DNA of 64,000 nucleotides from Phycisphaerae bacterium (GTDB lineage: Bacteria; Planctomycetota; Phycisphaerae; FEN-1346; JAACEH01): NCBI GenBank assembly GCA_012729015.1, contig JAAYDY010000042.1, positions 77,608-141,607 of the forward strand, given 5' to 3'. Every line of letters starts with the position of its first letter. Positions within the stretch are counted from its first letter, which is position 1. This document shows positions 39,408 through 49,748 of this stretch, one piece after another. The notes beneath the pieces were generated by a model that did no database searches, was not told the DNA's origin, and saw only the letters and a list, made by a program, of their open reading frames with translations. The translations under genes were made by a program, and so were the position numbers.

Positions 39408-39578
39408 CCGCCAAGGCGCCGTCATGGCAATGCGCAGTGCGGTCCATACAGTTTTCTCTTGACGTTTGATCGTTGGGAAAACTAGGATACGGTGGAGTGT
39501 GAGTGGAAGTTCCCATGGGCGGTCTTCGCATCGATTTCCCGGCATCGAGAGCCGAGTCATTTCCGAGAGGAGTCTGAG

Positions 39579-40766
39579 ATGAGACACGTCACGTGCCCCC
39601 TTGCCCTGGTTCTATGCGTTGTCGCTCTGGCGGCGAGCGTCATGGCCCAGACCGACGCCGCCCCCCCCGTGCCTCCGCAGCGGCTTCACGACATGGGCGA
39701 CGTGGTGATCGAGAAGGGAGCCGAGGTGGCGGCCGAGAATGGCACCGCCACGGCGCCGGCTGCGGCACCTGCCACCGAGACGGCGACGCCGACGGCTGCC
39801 CCTGCCCCGGACATGGTTCCCATGCAGCCGGCTCGCGTCCCTGCTCCCGCTCCGACGCCGACTCCGGCGACAACCGAAACCGCACCGGCCGAGACGCCCG
39901 TGGAGACGTCGGCCGTGGAGAGCACGCGCAACCTTGCGGCTCGCGACATCGAAACGCCCACGACGACCCAGCCGGCCGGAGTCAGCGAACAGGTGCCGAC
40001 CCCCAGCGTGTCGCAGATGCACGCGGCAACGCCGGCAGTCGTTCCTGCCGAAGCCGCCCCGGCCGTCGAGCCGGCCCCGGCCATGGCCACCAAACCGTAT
40101 GAGGTGCAGGTGCCCCCGGCCCGCCCGGTCTCGGCAGCCACCAGCGAGGTGATGGCCGTGGAGCGTGTCGCCGTGGCTCGCGAGACCTATCGCCTGGCCC
40201 TGGAATCGCTCAAGCAGTTCTACGTGTCCAACGGCAACGCCACGAAGCTCGAATGGGTCAGCAAGGAGTTGATGGGGCTGAACAGCATCGAGCAGTACCA
40301 CTACCTGAGCGAGATGGAACTGGCGGGGCCGAACCTGCGGCCCACCGACTCGATTCCGGCCGCCGACCAGTTGTACCAGGAAGGTCTTGATTTCAAGAAT
40401 TACCCGGCGTTCCCGGATGAGAAACGCGAGAAGCTGAAGGTCGCGGTGCAGAAGTTCCGGACGATCATCAGCGATTACCCGAGGAGTGACAAGATCGACG
40501 ACGCCGCCTACATGCTGGGCGAGATTTACGAGGGGTGGTATTACAACGACTTCTCCCGAGCCGCCCTGGCCTTCGAGCGGTGTTTCCAGTGGAACCCGAA
40601 GACGATTCTGCCGGCCCGGATCAAGGCCGCGCGGCTCTATGACCAGAAGCTCATGCAACGCGACAAAGCGGTGGTTCTGTACAACCTCGTGATTTCCGAG
40701 AGCACCAACGAGGAGCACCGCCGCGAGGCGGCGCAGCGGCTGAACCAGTTGGCTCCGAGGCCGTAG
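39579..40766 (+). CDS. Secreted protein with an Ala/Pro/Thr-rich linker and C-terminal TPR-like domain
   Basis: Signal peptide (…VMA|Q); YPRSDKIDDAAYMLGEIY TPR-like segment; GAGGAG RBS; TTGACG-18-TAGGAT upstream. Confidence 0.8.
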   Translation: MRHVTCPLALVLCVVALAASVMAQTDAAPPVPPQRLHDMGDVVIEKGAEVAAENGTATAPAAAPATETATPTAAPAPDMVPMQPARVPAPAPTPTPATTETAPAETPVETSAVESTRNLAARDIETPTTTQPAGVSEQVPTPSVSQMHAATPAVVPAEAAPAVEPAPAMATKPYEVQVPPARPVSAATSEVMAVERVAVARETYRLALESLKQFYVSNGNATKLEWVSKELMGLNSIEQYHYLSEMELAGPNLRPTDSIPAADQLYQEGLDFKNYPAFPDEKREKLKVAVQKFRTIISDYPRSDKIDDAAYMLGEIYEGWYYNDFSRAALAFERCFQWNPKTILPARIKAARLYDQKLMQRDKAVVLYNLVISESTNEEHRREAAQRLNQLAPRP

Positions 40767-40866
40767 GCAAACACATTCCCCTGACCAGGGGCGTCGTTCT
40801 CACGGGCCGCGCGGCAAGCACCGCGCGGCCCGGCTGTTGCGCCCTGCGGCGACGACGGCCCGAAAC

Positions 40867-40962
40867 GCATTAACGTTTCGGGGGCCGTACCGTGGCACGG
40901 GCATCTTGCCCGTGAGTGGCAGGAGCATCGTGCCCCTGCTCTCCGCGTAACATTGGTGCACC
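40867..40962. repeat. ~98-bp palindromic element, copy 3 (degenerate ends)
   Basis: GCATTAACGTTTCGGGGGCCGTACCGTGGCACGGGCATCTTGCCCGTGAGTGGCAGG...GTGCACC. Confidence 0.88.
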
Positions 40963-41048
40963 CGTTCGCCCTTGAAGTCGGCAGGCGGCTCGGATAGACT
41001 GGCACGAATCGTGGGCCGTTGTGGGCGACGGCCGCCGGAGAAACGGCC

Positions 41049-41528
41049 ATGAAGACAGTGCCGCGCGTCGGGTTCGGGTACGACATTCACCGCCTCTCGT
41101 CGGGCCGGCTGCTGGTACTGGGCGGCGTGCGGATCGAGTCGGACCGCGGCCTGCTGGGCCACAGCGACGGCGACGCCGTGCTGCACGCGCTGAGCGACGC
41201 GATCTTCGGAGCCATCGGCTCGGGCGACATCGGCGAGCACTTTCCCGACAACGACCCGCAGACCGAGGGGCTGGACAGCCGCGTCATCCTGCGCACGGCC
41301 GTGGACGAGGCGCGGGCCGCCGGATACGCGGTTCGTTCGGTGGATATCACGATCCTGGCGGAGCGGCCGAAGCTCGGGCCGGTGAAACAGGAGATTCGCG
41401 ACAGCCTGGCCGATCTGCTGGGATTGCCGGTCGAGGCCGTGGGCGTCAAGGCTCGCACCAACGAAGGGCTGGACGCCGTCGGCCGCCGCGAGGCCATTGC
41501 CTGTCACGCCGTGGTCGTCCTGGCCTGA
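41049..41528 (+). CDS. ispF: 2-C-methyl-D-erythritol 2,4-cyclodiphosphate synthase
   Basis: RVGFGYDIH, GHSDGDAVLHA, GDIGEHFPD and KARTNEGL motifs. Confidence 0.97.
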   Translation: MKTVPRVGFGYDIHRLSSGRLLVLGGVRIESDRGLLGHSDGDAVLHALSDAIFGAIGSGDIGEHFPDNDPQTEGLDSRVILRTAVDEARAAGYAVRSVDITILAERPKLGPVKQEIRDSLADLLGLPVEAVGVKARTNEGLDAVGRREAIACHAVVVLA

Positions 41529-41574
41529 GCAGCGCGAGACATTCAACGGAGCAGTCTGGAGTTCGAGGAGTCTG

Positions 41575-43029
41575 ATGGCACTGCGAGTGTATAACAGTCT
41601 GAGCCGCGAGCACGAAGCGTTCGAGCCGCTGAATCCCCCGTACGTGGGCGTCTACGTGTGCGGGCCGACGGTCTACGGCGACGCCCACATCGGCCACGCC
41701 AAGAGCTACATTGCGTTCGACCTGGTGGTCCGGTACCTTCGGTTTCTGGGCTACAAGGTTCGCTACGTCCAGAACATTACCGACGTGGGTCATCTGACCG
41801 ACGACGCCGACGAGGGTGAAGACAAGATCGCGCGGCGGGCGGCCCTGGAACAGGTCCATCCGCTGCAACTGGCCGAGACCTACGCGCGGCGGTATTTCGA
41901 GGACATGGACCGCCTGAACGTCCTGCGGCCGGACATCTCGCCGCGCGCCTCGGGTCACATCCCCGAGCAGATCGCCCTGACCGAGCAGCTTCTGAAGACC
42001 GGCCACGCCTACGAGGTGAACGGGAACGTCTACTTTGACGTGTCGAGTTTCCCGGAGTACGGGAAGCTGTCGCGGCGGCGCATCGAAGAGGCCGAGTCGG
42101 GCACGCGCGTCGAGATTCGCGGCGACAAGCGCCACGCCGCCGACTTCGCCCTGTGGAAACGGGCCGAGCCGGGGCACATTCTCCAGTGGGACTCGCCCTG
42201 GGGCCGCGGCTATCCGGGTTGGCACATCGAATGCTCGTGCATGAGCCAGAAGTACCTGGGCGAGACGTTCGACATTCACGGCGGCGGGCTGGAGAATATG
42301 TTCCCGCACCACGAGGACGAGATTGCCCAGAGCGAGGCGGCCTACGGTCATCCGTTCGCCAAGTACTGGCTGCACAACAACATGGTGACCGTTGGCGGCC
42401 AGAAGATGGGCAAGAGCCTGGGCAACTTCACGACGTGCCGCGATGCCTTCACGCGGTACGATCCGCTGGTGCTGCGGATGGTGATTCTCCAGGGCCATTA
42501 CCGCCGGCCGTTCGACTATACGGAAGAGTCGCTCGCCGCCGGCCAGACGGGCTACGAGCGTCTGGTGGGGGCCGTGAAGGCCGTCCGCCGCGCGATGGAC
42601 AAGGCCCCGGCCGGCGAAGCCGACGACAACGTGAAGCGGCTTGCCGAGGAAACGGAGAAGCGTTTCCGGGCAGCCATGGACGACGATTTCAACTCAGCCG
42701 GGGCCTTGGCGGCCCTGTTCGACCTGGTGGGCGACGCCAATACGCTGGCCCGCGACCCGAAGGCCACACGCGGCTCGCTGGAACGGGTGGACGACCTGTT
42801 CCGCCGGTTGGGCGGCGACGTGCTGGGGCTGGTTCAGGACCGGTACGCGGACGACGCCTCGGGCACCAGGCAGGTCATCGACCAGTTGATCGGCACCATG
42901 CTCGACATGCGAGCCCAGGCCCGCAAGAACAAGGATTTCGCCATGGCCGACCGCATCCGCGATCAGTTGACCGGCATGGGCATCGTGCTGGAAGACGGCC
43001 CCGGCGGCACCACGTGGCGGATGGAGTGA
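41575..43029 (+). CDS. cysS: Cysteine--tRNA ligase
   Basis: CGPTVY, HIGH, DFALWK, GWHIECS and KMGKS motifs. Confidence 0.98.
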   Translation: MALRVYNSLSREHEAFEPLNPPYVGVYVCGPTVYGDAHIGHAKSYIAFDLVVRYLRFLGYKVRYVQNITDVGHLTDDADEGEDKIARRAALEQVHPLQLAETYARRYFEDMDRLNVLRPDISPRASGHIPEQIALTEQLLKTGHAYEVNGNVYFDVSSFPEYGKLSRRRIEEAESGTRVEIRGDKRHAADFALWKRAEPGHILQWDSPWGRGYPGWHIECSCMSQKYLGETFDIHGGGLENMFPHHEDEIAQSEAAYGHPFAKYWLHNNMVTVGGQKMGKSLGNFTTCRDAFTRYDPLVLRMVILQGHYRRPFDYTEESLAAGQTGYERLVGAVKAVRRAMDKAPAGEADDNVKRLAEETEKRFRAAMDDDFNSAGALAALFDLVGDANTLARDPKATRGSLERVDDLFRRLGGDVLGLVQDRYADDASGTRQVIDQLIGTMLDMRAQARKNKDFAMADRIRDQLTGMGIVLEDGPGGTTWRME

Positions 43030-43523
43030 CCTTGCGCATACTCGGCATCGATCCTGGATTGCAGCGGACGGGTTACGGGCTGGTGGACGTGACCGGCCGC
43101 GGGCTGAAGCTGGTCGAGGCCGGCGTGATCCGCGCCGACGCGAAGGCCCCCCTCGAGCAGCGCGTCCGGGAGATTCACGACGGCATCGCCGAGGTGTTTC
43201 GAGAGTTCAAGCCGGACGTGGCGGTGGTGGAGCAGTTGTTCTCGACGTACTCGCACCCGAAGACGGCGATCCTGATGGGCCACGCGCGAGGAGTGATCTT
43301 CCTGGCGGCGGCCGAGGCCGAGGTGCCCGTCGAGGGCTATGCGCCGAACCGTATCAAGCAGGCCGTGACCAACAGCGGTCACGCCGGCAAACAGCAGGTG
43401 CAGCGGGCGGTGCAGGCGGCGTTCGGGCTGGCTCAGCCGCCGGAGCCGCCCGACGTGGCCGACGCGCTGGCCATCGCCCTGTGTCACGCCCAATCGTTGA
43501 GCAGCCGGAGACTGAGAGCATGA
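43026..43523 (+). CDS. ruvC: Holliday junction resolvase RuvC
   Basis: ILGIDPG, G.A.KQQV and DVADALAIALCH motifs; the GTG start overlaps the cysS stop. Confidence 0.96.
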   Translation: MTLRILGIDPGLQRTGYGLVDVTGRGLKLVEAGVIRADAKAPLEQRVREIHDGIAEVFREFKPDVAVVEQLFSTYSHPKTAILMGHARGVIFLAAAEAEVPVEGYAPNRIKQAVTNSGHAGKQQVQRAVQAAFGLAQPPEPPDVADALAIALCHAQSLSSRRLRA

Positions 43524-44137
43524 TCGCCCGCATTCGCGGCACCGTCGCGGAAGTTCGAGCCACCAGCGTGTACCTGGACCTCGGCGACCTGACGTACGAG
43601 GTGTTCGTTCCGGCCGTGAGCCTGCCGGAGCTTCACACCCGCATCGGCCAGCGCGTCACGCTGCACACCATCGAGTACATCGAGGGCAACACGTCGTTCG
43701 GCAACCTGGCCTCGCGGCTCGTGGGGTTTCTGAACGAGGCCGAGCGCGACTTCTTCGTGCGGTTCATCACCGTGCCGGGCATCGGCGTGAACAAGGGCCT
43801 GAAGGCCATGACGATGCCCATGGCGGACATTGCCGGGGCCATCGAAGCCCGCAACGTGGCCTTGCTGGCCCAGTTGCCGGGCATCGGGAAGCGCACGGCC
43901 GAGAAGGCCATTGCCGAGCTGAACGGCAAGCTCAAGACCTTCGGCGTTGGTGCGGCCGCAGCCCCCCTGCCCGTGGCCGGCCAGGGCGTGCAGGCCGAGG
44001 TACTGGGCGCCCTGATGGCCCTGGGGTACCGTCGCGGCGAGGCCGAGGACCTGATCGGCCGCACGCTGGCCGCCGGGGCCAAGGGCGAGTCCGTCGAGCA
44101 GTTGCTCCAGGAATGCTTCCGACACGCAGCACCGTAA
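43520..44137 (+). CDS. ruvA: Holliday junction branch migration protein RuvA
   Basis: MIARIRG start, two HhH motifs (PGIG), C-terminal ALMALGY. Confidence 0.95.
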   Translation: MIARIRGTVAEVRATSVYLDLGDLTYEVFVPAVSLPELHTRIGQRVTLHTIEYIEGNTSFGNLASRLVGFLNEAERDFFVRFITVPGIGVNKGLKAMTMPMADIAGAIEARNVALLAQLPGIGKRTAEKAIAELNGKLKTFGVGAAAAPLPVAGQGVQAEVLGALMALGYRRGEAEDLIGRTLAAGAKGESVEQLLQECFRHAAP

Positions 44138-44146
44138 GGACAAACC

Positions 44147-45205
44147 ATGCCTCGCGAACGAATCGTCAGCCCGGAATCGGACGGCCCGGCCGAAGACCAC
44201 TTCAACTGGTCGCTGCGCCCGCAGAGCCTGGGCGAGTGCATCGGCCAGAAGAAGCTGATCGAGAAGCTGCGCATCGCCATTGAAGCGGCGAAGAAGCGGC
44301 AGGAACCACTCGAGCACATTCTGTTCTACGGCCCGCCCGGGCTGGGCAAGACCACCGTGGCGCACATCGTGGCAAAGGAGATGAATGCGCCGCTGCGCGT
44401 CTCCAGCGGCCCTGCCCTGACCCGGCCGGCCGACCTGGTGGGCATCCTGACGAACCTGAAGCGCGGCGAGGTGCTCTTCATCGACGAGATCCACCGCCTC
44501 AGCCCGATGGTCGAGGAGTACATCTACCCGGCCATGGAAGACTTCAAGATCGACATCACGATGGACCGCGGCAGCTTCGCGCGGGCCTTCAACTTCAACC
44601 TCGAACCGTTCACGCTGATCGGCGCCACGACGCGGGCCGGGTCGCTCTCGGCGCCGCTCAGGGCACGGTTCGGCCTGTTCCACCATTTCGAGTTCTATCC
44701 CGAGGAGGATCTGGCCGAGATTTGCCGTCGGGCGGCGCACCTGCTGGAACTGAACGTCACGCCCGACGCCCTGGGCGAAATCACCCGGCGCAGCCGCGGC
44801 ACGCCGCGCATCGCCAACCGCCTGATGCGTCGCGTGCGCGACTTCGCCCAGGTCCGGGCCGACGGCAAGGCCGACCTCGGCGTCGTCGGCCAGGCGCTGG
44901 CGATGGAAGGCATTGACGCCAACGGACTTGACGATCTGGACCGCCGGTTCCTGTCCACGATCGTGGACTACTACCACGGCGGCCCCGTGGGCATCGAGGC
45001 CCTGGCCGCGACGCTCAACGAAGAAGTGGACACGCTGGTGGACATGGTGGAGCCGTACCTGTTGAAAGAGGGCCTCGTGGGCCGCACGCGACAGGGCCGC
45101 ATCGCCATGGACCGAGCCTTCAACGTCCTCGGCAAGAAGGCCCCGCGGCGGCGTGCGGCCGCGACCGACGAGCCGGACCTGTTTGCCGAAGAAGAGACGC
45201 CATGA
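44147..45205 (+). CDS. ruvB: Holliday junction helicase RuvB
   Basis: LRPQSL, GPPGLGKTT, FIDEIHRL and SRGTPRIANRL motifs. Confidence 0.98.
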   Translation: MPRERIVSPESDGPAEDHFNWSLRPQSLGECIGQKKLIEKLRIAIEAAKKRQEPLEHILFYGPPGLGKTTVAHIVAKEMNAPLRVSSGPALTRPADLVGILTNLKRGEVLFIDEIHRLSPMVEEYIYPAMEDFKIDITMDRGSFARAFNFNLEPFTLIGATTRAGSLSAPLRARFGLFHHFEFYPEEDLAEICRRAAHLLELNVTPDALGEITRRSRGTPRIANRLMRRVRDFAQVRADGKADLGVVGQALAMEGIDANGLDDLDRRFLSTIVDYYHGGPVGIEALAATLNEEVDTLVDMVEPYLLKEGLVGRTRQGRIAMDRAFNVLGKKAPRRRAAATDEPDLFAEEETP

Positions 45206-46140
45206 ATGTCCTCGTCACCGGCGCTGCCGGGTTTGTCGGGTCGCACCTGGTGGATCGGCTGCTGGCCGACGGACACGCCGTGGTCGGCCTGGACAACCTC
45301 TGCACGGGCAACGCCGCCAGCCTCCAGCACCTCCACGGCCACCAGCGGTTCGCGTTCCATGAAGTGGACATCTGCGACGGATTCGAGCCGACCATGTCGG
45401 TGGACCGCGTCTACAACCTGGCGTCCCCTGCCTCGCCGGTGGACTACCATCGCCTGGGACTGGAGACGCTGGCCGTGGGGTCGCGCGGCATGCAGGCGAT
45501 GCTTGACCTGGCGCGGGCCGCCGGCGCGCGGCTGCTACAGGCCTCGACCAGCGAGTGCTACGGCGACCCGCTGGTGCATCCGCAGACCGAGGACTACTTC
45601 GGCAACGTCAATCCCGTGGGCCCGCGAAGCGTGTACGACGAGTCGAAACGGTTCGCCGAGGCCCTCGTGACCGCCTATCACCGGTACCACAAGACCGACG
45701 TGCGGATCGCCCGCATCTTCAACACCTACGGCCCCCGCATGCGGCTGGACGACGGGCGCGTGCTGCCCAGCTTCATCGCCCAGGCCCTGCGCGGCGAGCC
45801 GCTGACTGTCTTCGGTGATGGGTCGCAGACGCGGAGTTTCTGCTACGTGTCCGACCTCGTGGACGGCCTCGTGCGGCTGATGGAGAGCGACGCGGGCCCC
45901 GGCCCGGTGAACCTCGGCAACCCCGAGGAAGTCACCGTGCTGGAGTTTGCCCGGGAAGTGCTGGTCCTCACCGGGTCACAGTCGAAGCTGGAGCATCGCG
46001 AGTTGCCGCAGGACGATCCACTGAGGCGCCGGCCGGACATCTCGCGGGCCCGACGCCTGCTCGGTTGGGAGCCCACGGTCTCGCGGCGGGAAGGGCTGCG
46101 GATGACGCTGGAGTACTTCAGGTCCGTCGTCGGCAAGTAA
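45202..46140 (+). CDS. UDP-glucuronic acid decarboxylase family SDR
   Basis: TGAAGFVGSHL, ASPASP, STSECYG, YDESKR and RIFNTYGPRM motifs. Confidence 0.92.
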   Translation: MNVLVTGAAGFVGSHLVDRLLADGHAVVGLDNLCTGNAASLQHLHGHQRFAFHEVDICDGFEPTMSVDRVYNLASPASPVDYHRLGLETLAVGSRGMQAMLDLARAAGARLLQASTSECYGDPLVHPQTEDYFGNVNPVGPRSVYDESKRFAEALVTAYHRYHKTDVRIARIFNTYGPRMRLDDGRVLPSFIAQALRGEPLTVFGDGSQTRSFCYVSDLVDGLVRLMESDAGPGPVNLGNPEEVTVLEFAREVLVLTGSQSKLEHRELPQDDPLRRRPDISRARRLLGWEPTVSRREGLRMTLEYFRSVVGK

Positions 46141-46259
46141 CGCTTCTGCGTTTAGGAACGCGCAGCTCACGCTTTGGGCCGAGGTGTGGGGCCGACAACG
46201 GGTGGCCCCGGCCGCAAGAGTGCGAGACACTTGCACGAGCAATCGAGAGGACACGTCCC

Positions 46260-47243
46260 ATGAATGTTTTCGTCGCAGGCGGCGCGGGGTACATCGGATC
46301 GCACACGGTGCGGCTGCTGCTGGAGGCCGGCCACGAGGTAACGGTCTACGACAACCTGTCGGAGGGCCACGCGTCGTCGGTGCCCGTGGCGCGTCTGGTG
46401 CGCGGCGACCTTGCCGACCTCGACACCCTGACGGCAGCGATGAGGGCGAAGCCCTACGATGCCGCGATGCACTTCGCCGCCAACTGCTACGTGGGCGAGT
46501 CCGTGACGGAACCGCAGAAGTACTACGTCAACAACGTCTCGAACGCGCTGAACCTGTTGCGCGCGATGCGGGCGGCCGACGTGGGGAAGATCGTCTTTTC
46601 GTCCACGGCGGCCACCTACGGCACCCCCGTCGCCACGCCGATCACCGAGAGCCACCCGCAGCAGCCGATCAATCCTTACGGCCGCACGAAGCTCATGTTC
46701 GAGCAGGCCCTGGCCGACTACTCGCGTGCCTATGGCATCGGGTACGCGGCGCTGCGATACTTCAACGCCGCCGGCGCCGCGCCCGACGGCACCCTGGGCG
46801 AGGACCACGACCCGGAAACGCACCTGATTCCGCTGGTGCTCTATGCGGCCATGGGCAAACGCGACCAGGTGTCCATCTTCGGCACGGACTACGATACGCC
46901 GGACGGGACGTGCGTTCGCGACTACATCCACATCTACGACCTGGCCCAGGCCCACATCCTGGCCCTGGAAGCCATGAGGCCCGGCGACCGTCGCACGTAT
47001 AACCTGGGCAACGGCAGCGGCTACTCGGTGCGCGAGGTGATCGACACGGCGGCAAAGGTTACGGGCAGGGAGATTCCCCACAACGAGGCCCCTCGCCGGC
47101 CCGGCGACCCGGCCGTCCTCGTGGCGTCGAGCGAGAAGATCGTCCGCGAACTGGGCTGGAAGCCGCGATTCCCGCACCTGGAGTCGATCATCGAAACCGC
47201 CTGGCGCTGGCACCGCGAACATCCCGACGGGTATGGCGACTGA
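46260..47243 (+). CDS. galE: UDP-glucose 4-epimerase
   Basis: GGAGYIGSH, VGESV, NPYGRTK, LRYFN and DGTCVRDYIH motifs. Confidence 0.96.
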   Translation: MNVFVAGGAGYIGSHTVRLLLEAGHEVTVYDNLSEGHASSVPVARLVRGDLADLDTLTAAMRAKPYDAAMHFAANCYVGESVTEPQKYYVNNVSNALNLLRAMRAADVGKIVFSSTAATYGTPVATPITESHPQQPINPYGRTKLMFEQALADYSRAYGIGYAALRYFNAAGAAPDGTLGEDHDPETHLIPLVLYAAMGKRDQVSIFGTDYDTPDGTCVRDYIHIYDLAQAHILALEAMRPGDRRTYNLGNGSGYSVREVIDTAAKVTGREIPHNEAPRRPGDPAVLVASSEKIVRELGWKPRFPHLESIIETAWRWHREHPDGYGD

Positions 47244-47332
47244 TCGCCGCCGCCTCCGGCGACCGACGCGGCAACACGCCGTCGGGTGGCTGGGGGGCAT
47301 GGCCGTGGGCCCGTGTCGCGTGGCCTCGCCCC

Positions 47333-48406
47333 CTACTCCGTTTGGCCCCGCGCCACGATCTGCCGGGGACTGAAGGGCTCCTTCAAACCCCACTCCAGGA
47401 ACGTTTCGATCACCGTGTAGTGAATCTCCAGCACCTCGTCGAAGGACCACTCAGCGGCGGCCGACTGCTCGAACGTCACGGTCAGGCCGCCCGAAGCCAT
47501 CACACAGGCCGTATTCAGGTTGATGCCGCCGCGCTGCTCGATCGGGTAGACCGGCGCAGGACGCAGGCCCTTCGCCTCCAGGGCATCGAAGACGCGCTGC
47601 TTGTAGACGTGGACGCGATGGACATGCAGCGGATAGGCCAGCAGCGAATCACCGAGCACCTGCCCGCCGATGGTGTGCGAGTGAAGATTGAGGACCAGGT
47701 CGGCCTGCTCGTCGGCCACGAGCTTCAGCACGCCGCGGGCCTCCGGCGTCCGCAGGTCGCCCGGACAACAGTCGTGCTGGATGTTGTACCCGTCGGCGTT
47801 CGGATAGCCGCCGGGGTGCCCCACCCGCTCCAGCGGCAATGGAGCATATTCCTTGCACGCCGGGTAGCCGATCTCGGTTCCGTCGGTCCAGTAGCCCTGG
47901 CTGGCACGGCGGAACTGGTCGAGGTCGGCGCCGCGCAGATGATCCGGGCTGACCGCGCGGCCGTCCATGTTCACGCATGGCAGGATCACCACGCGGTACC
48001 GCGACATCAGGTCCAGCAGATGCGGCCGGGGGTTGCCCTTCAGATCGCGTCCCGTCTCCAGCAGCGAGAGCATGTTGACAGCGCCGGCGACCGATTCGGT
48101 CTCCGCTCCATGCACGCCGCACAGGAGCATGACCACCTGCGGATCGTTCTCGCTGGTTCGGTACGACGCCATGGTGCGCGAGTTCGACCCGATGCCCCAC
48201 GTGGCCGTGCCCGGCCGCGCCTGCGGCGGCCCGTAGGCCACCGCCCACACGGGAAACCCTCCCGGCGTCGTGGCAATCCGGCGGACCTCTCCTTTCGCGG
48301 CGGCCTCCACTGCGGTCGTGACCTCCTCCGGACGGACCTGCCACCAGTCCGGACGCCTTTGGAGGCCGGGAATCTCAAATCGATCGTATCTCTGCCCTGC
48401 GCTCAT
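47333..48406 (-). CDS. M14 family zinc carboxypeptidase
   Basis: GVHGAE (HxxE), P..N.DG and LNLHS motifs; the ATG at 48406 overlaps the dusB stop. Confidence 0.82.
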   Translation of the reverse strand: MSAGQRYDRFEIPGLQRRPDWWQVRPEEVTTAVEAAAKGEVRRIATTPGGFPVWAVAYGPPQARPGTATWGIGSNSRTMASYRTSENDPQVVMLLCGVHGAETESVAGAVNMLSLLETGRDLKGNPRPHLLDLMSRYRVVILPCVNMDGRAVSPDHLRGADLDQFRRASQGYWTDGTEIGYPACKEYAPLPLERVGHPGGYPNADGYNIQHDCCPGDLRTPEARGVLKLVADEQADLVLNLHSHTIGGQVLGDSLLAYPLHVHRVHVYKQRVFDALEAKGLRPAPVYPIEQRGGINLNTACVMASGGLTVTFEQSAAAEWSFDEVLEIHYTVIETFLEWGLKEPFSPRQIVARGQTE

Positions 48407-49389
48407 TCGAAGTACTCCTTGATGACTTCCGCCAGATCGTCGCGCGATGCGACCTTGCCCATCGCCATGCGCGACTCGCGCGCACGGTCGATGCCTTTGC
48501 TGTAGAACATCCCGAAACGTCGCATGATGCGGATCGCGCTGTAATCGCCCAACTCGTCGCGGAGCATCTCGTAGTGTTGCCACATGCACTCGACTCGCTC
48601 GGCTGGCGACACCGGTTCGACGGGCAGGCCGGCATCCAGGGCCATGGCCTCGCGGAAGATCCACGGATGCCCCACCGCTCCGCGAGCCACGGCCACCCCC
48701 ACGATCCCGCCGCCGCGCAGGCGATCGAGAATGGACGGCGCGTCGAGAAGGTCGCCGCTGCCGAAGACGGGCATCCTCAGCCGTCCGGCCATCTCGACCG
48801 CAAACGACCAGTCGGCCTGGCCGTGATACAACTGATCGACCGTGCGGCCATGGATCGTGGCGGCATCCACGCCCAGCTCGTCCGCCCCCGCCAGCAGCCG
48901 CTCCACCTGCTCGCGGCCGGCCGCGGACGCGTCGTACCCGCGCCGAACCTTCACCGTCAGCGGCAGCCTGGTGGCACGACGCATGCCAGCGAGAATCTCC
49001 AGGCCAAGGTCGGGCGTCCGGAGCATCGCCCCGCCGTTGCCCTTGGCAATCATCTTCCGCACCGGGCAGGCCATGTTCACGTCGATCAGGTCGAAGCAGC
49101 CCATTTGTTCGATGCGGGCCGCCGCGTCGGCCATCATCAACGGGTCGGCCCCGAACACCTGGACGCCAAGGGGATGATCGTCCTGGGCGATTCGGATCAT
49201 CCGGCGCGTCTTCCTGCTGGGACGCAGGATCTCATAGGCGCTGATCATCTCCGTCACGGCCATCGCGGCGCCCTGCTGCCGCGCGAGCATCCGCAGGCCG
49301 CGCTGCGTGTAGCCGGCCATCGGAGCCATGACGAGATTGTTCTTCAGGGCCAGTGTTCCGATGCTCACCGGCCGTATCAGGCGATTCAT
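48403..49389 (-). CDS. dusB: tRNA-dihydrouridine synthase (DusB-like)
   Basis: APMAG, DVNMACP, TVKVR.G, IHGRT and ARGAVGHPW motifs. Confidence 0.88.
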   Translation of the reverse strand: MNRLIRPVSIGTLALKNNLVMAPMAGYTQRGLRMLARQQGAAMAVTEMISAYEILRPSRKTRRMIRIAQDDHPLGVQVFGADPLMMADAAARIEQMGCFDLIDVNMACPVRKMIAKGNGGAMLRTPDLGLEILAGMRRATRLPLTVKVRRGYDASAAGREQVERLLAGADELGVDAATIHGRTVDQLYHGQADWSFAVEMAGRLRMPVFGSGDLLDAPSILDRLRGGGIVGVAVARGAVGHPWIFREAMALDAGLPVEPVSPAERVECMWQHYEMLRDELGDYSAIRIMRRFGMFYSKGIDRARESRMAMGKVASRDDLAEVIKEYFE

Positions 49390-49517
49390 AGGGCAAGGTT
49401 TTGCCCGAGCGACGGTCCTTTGTCAAGCACCGAACATCAAATCTCACACGAGCAGGCGCCCGCATGACGCCACGGACCAGCCGCCGCCAGCCAACACTCG
49501 ACCGCAAAGGCAAGGCG

Positions 49518-49615
49518 GGCGCATGAACGTCTCGGGGAAAGCAGGGGCAGGATGCCCCTGCCACTCACGGGCAAGATGCCCGTGCCACGGGACAGCCCCA
49601 GAACGTTAATGCACC
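49518..49615. repeat. ~98-bp palindromic element, copy 4 (reverse orientation)
   Basis: GCAGGGGCAGGATGCCCCTGCCACTCACGGGCAAGATGCCCGTGCCACGG...AACGTTAATGCACC. Confidence 0.9.
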
Positions 49616-49748
49616 CAGGCAAGGCAAAGGCTTTGACACGCGGGGGCCGACGGCGTTACAATTCCGGCTCAATGGGTCGGTCGCCTCGCCTCGAAAAACT
49701 GAGGGCACCGCCTTCTCGCAACACACTCGTCACCAAGGAGCACAGACG

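Noticed and set aside
42153-43523. 456-aa ORF suggesting a RuvC fusion
   Set aside because: The N-terminal part overlaps cysS out of frame; RuvC starts at 43026 or 43032.
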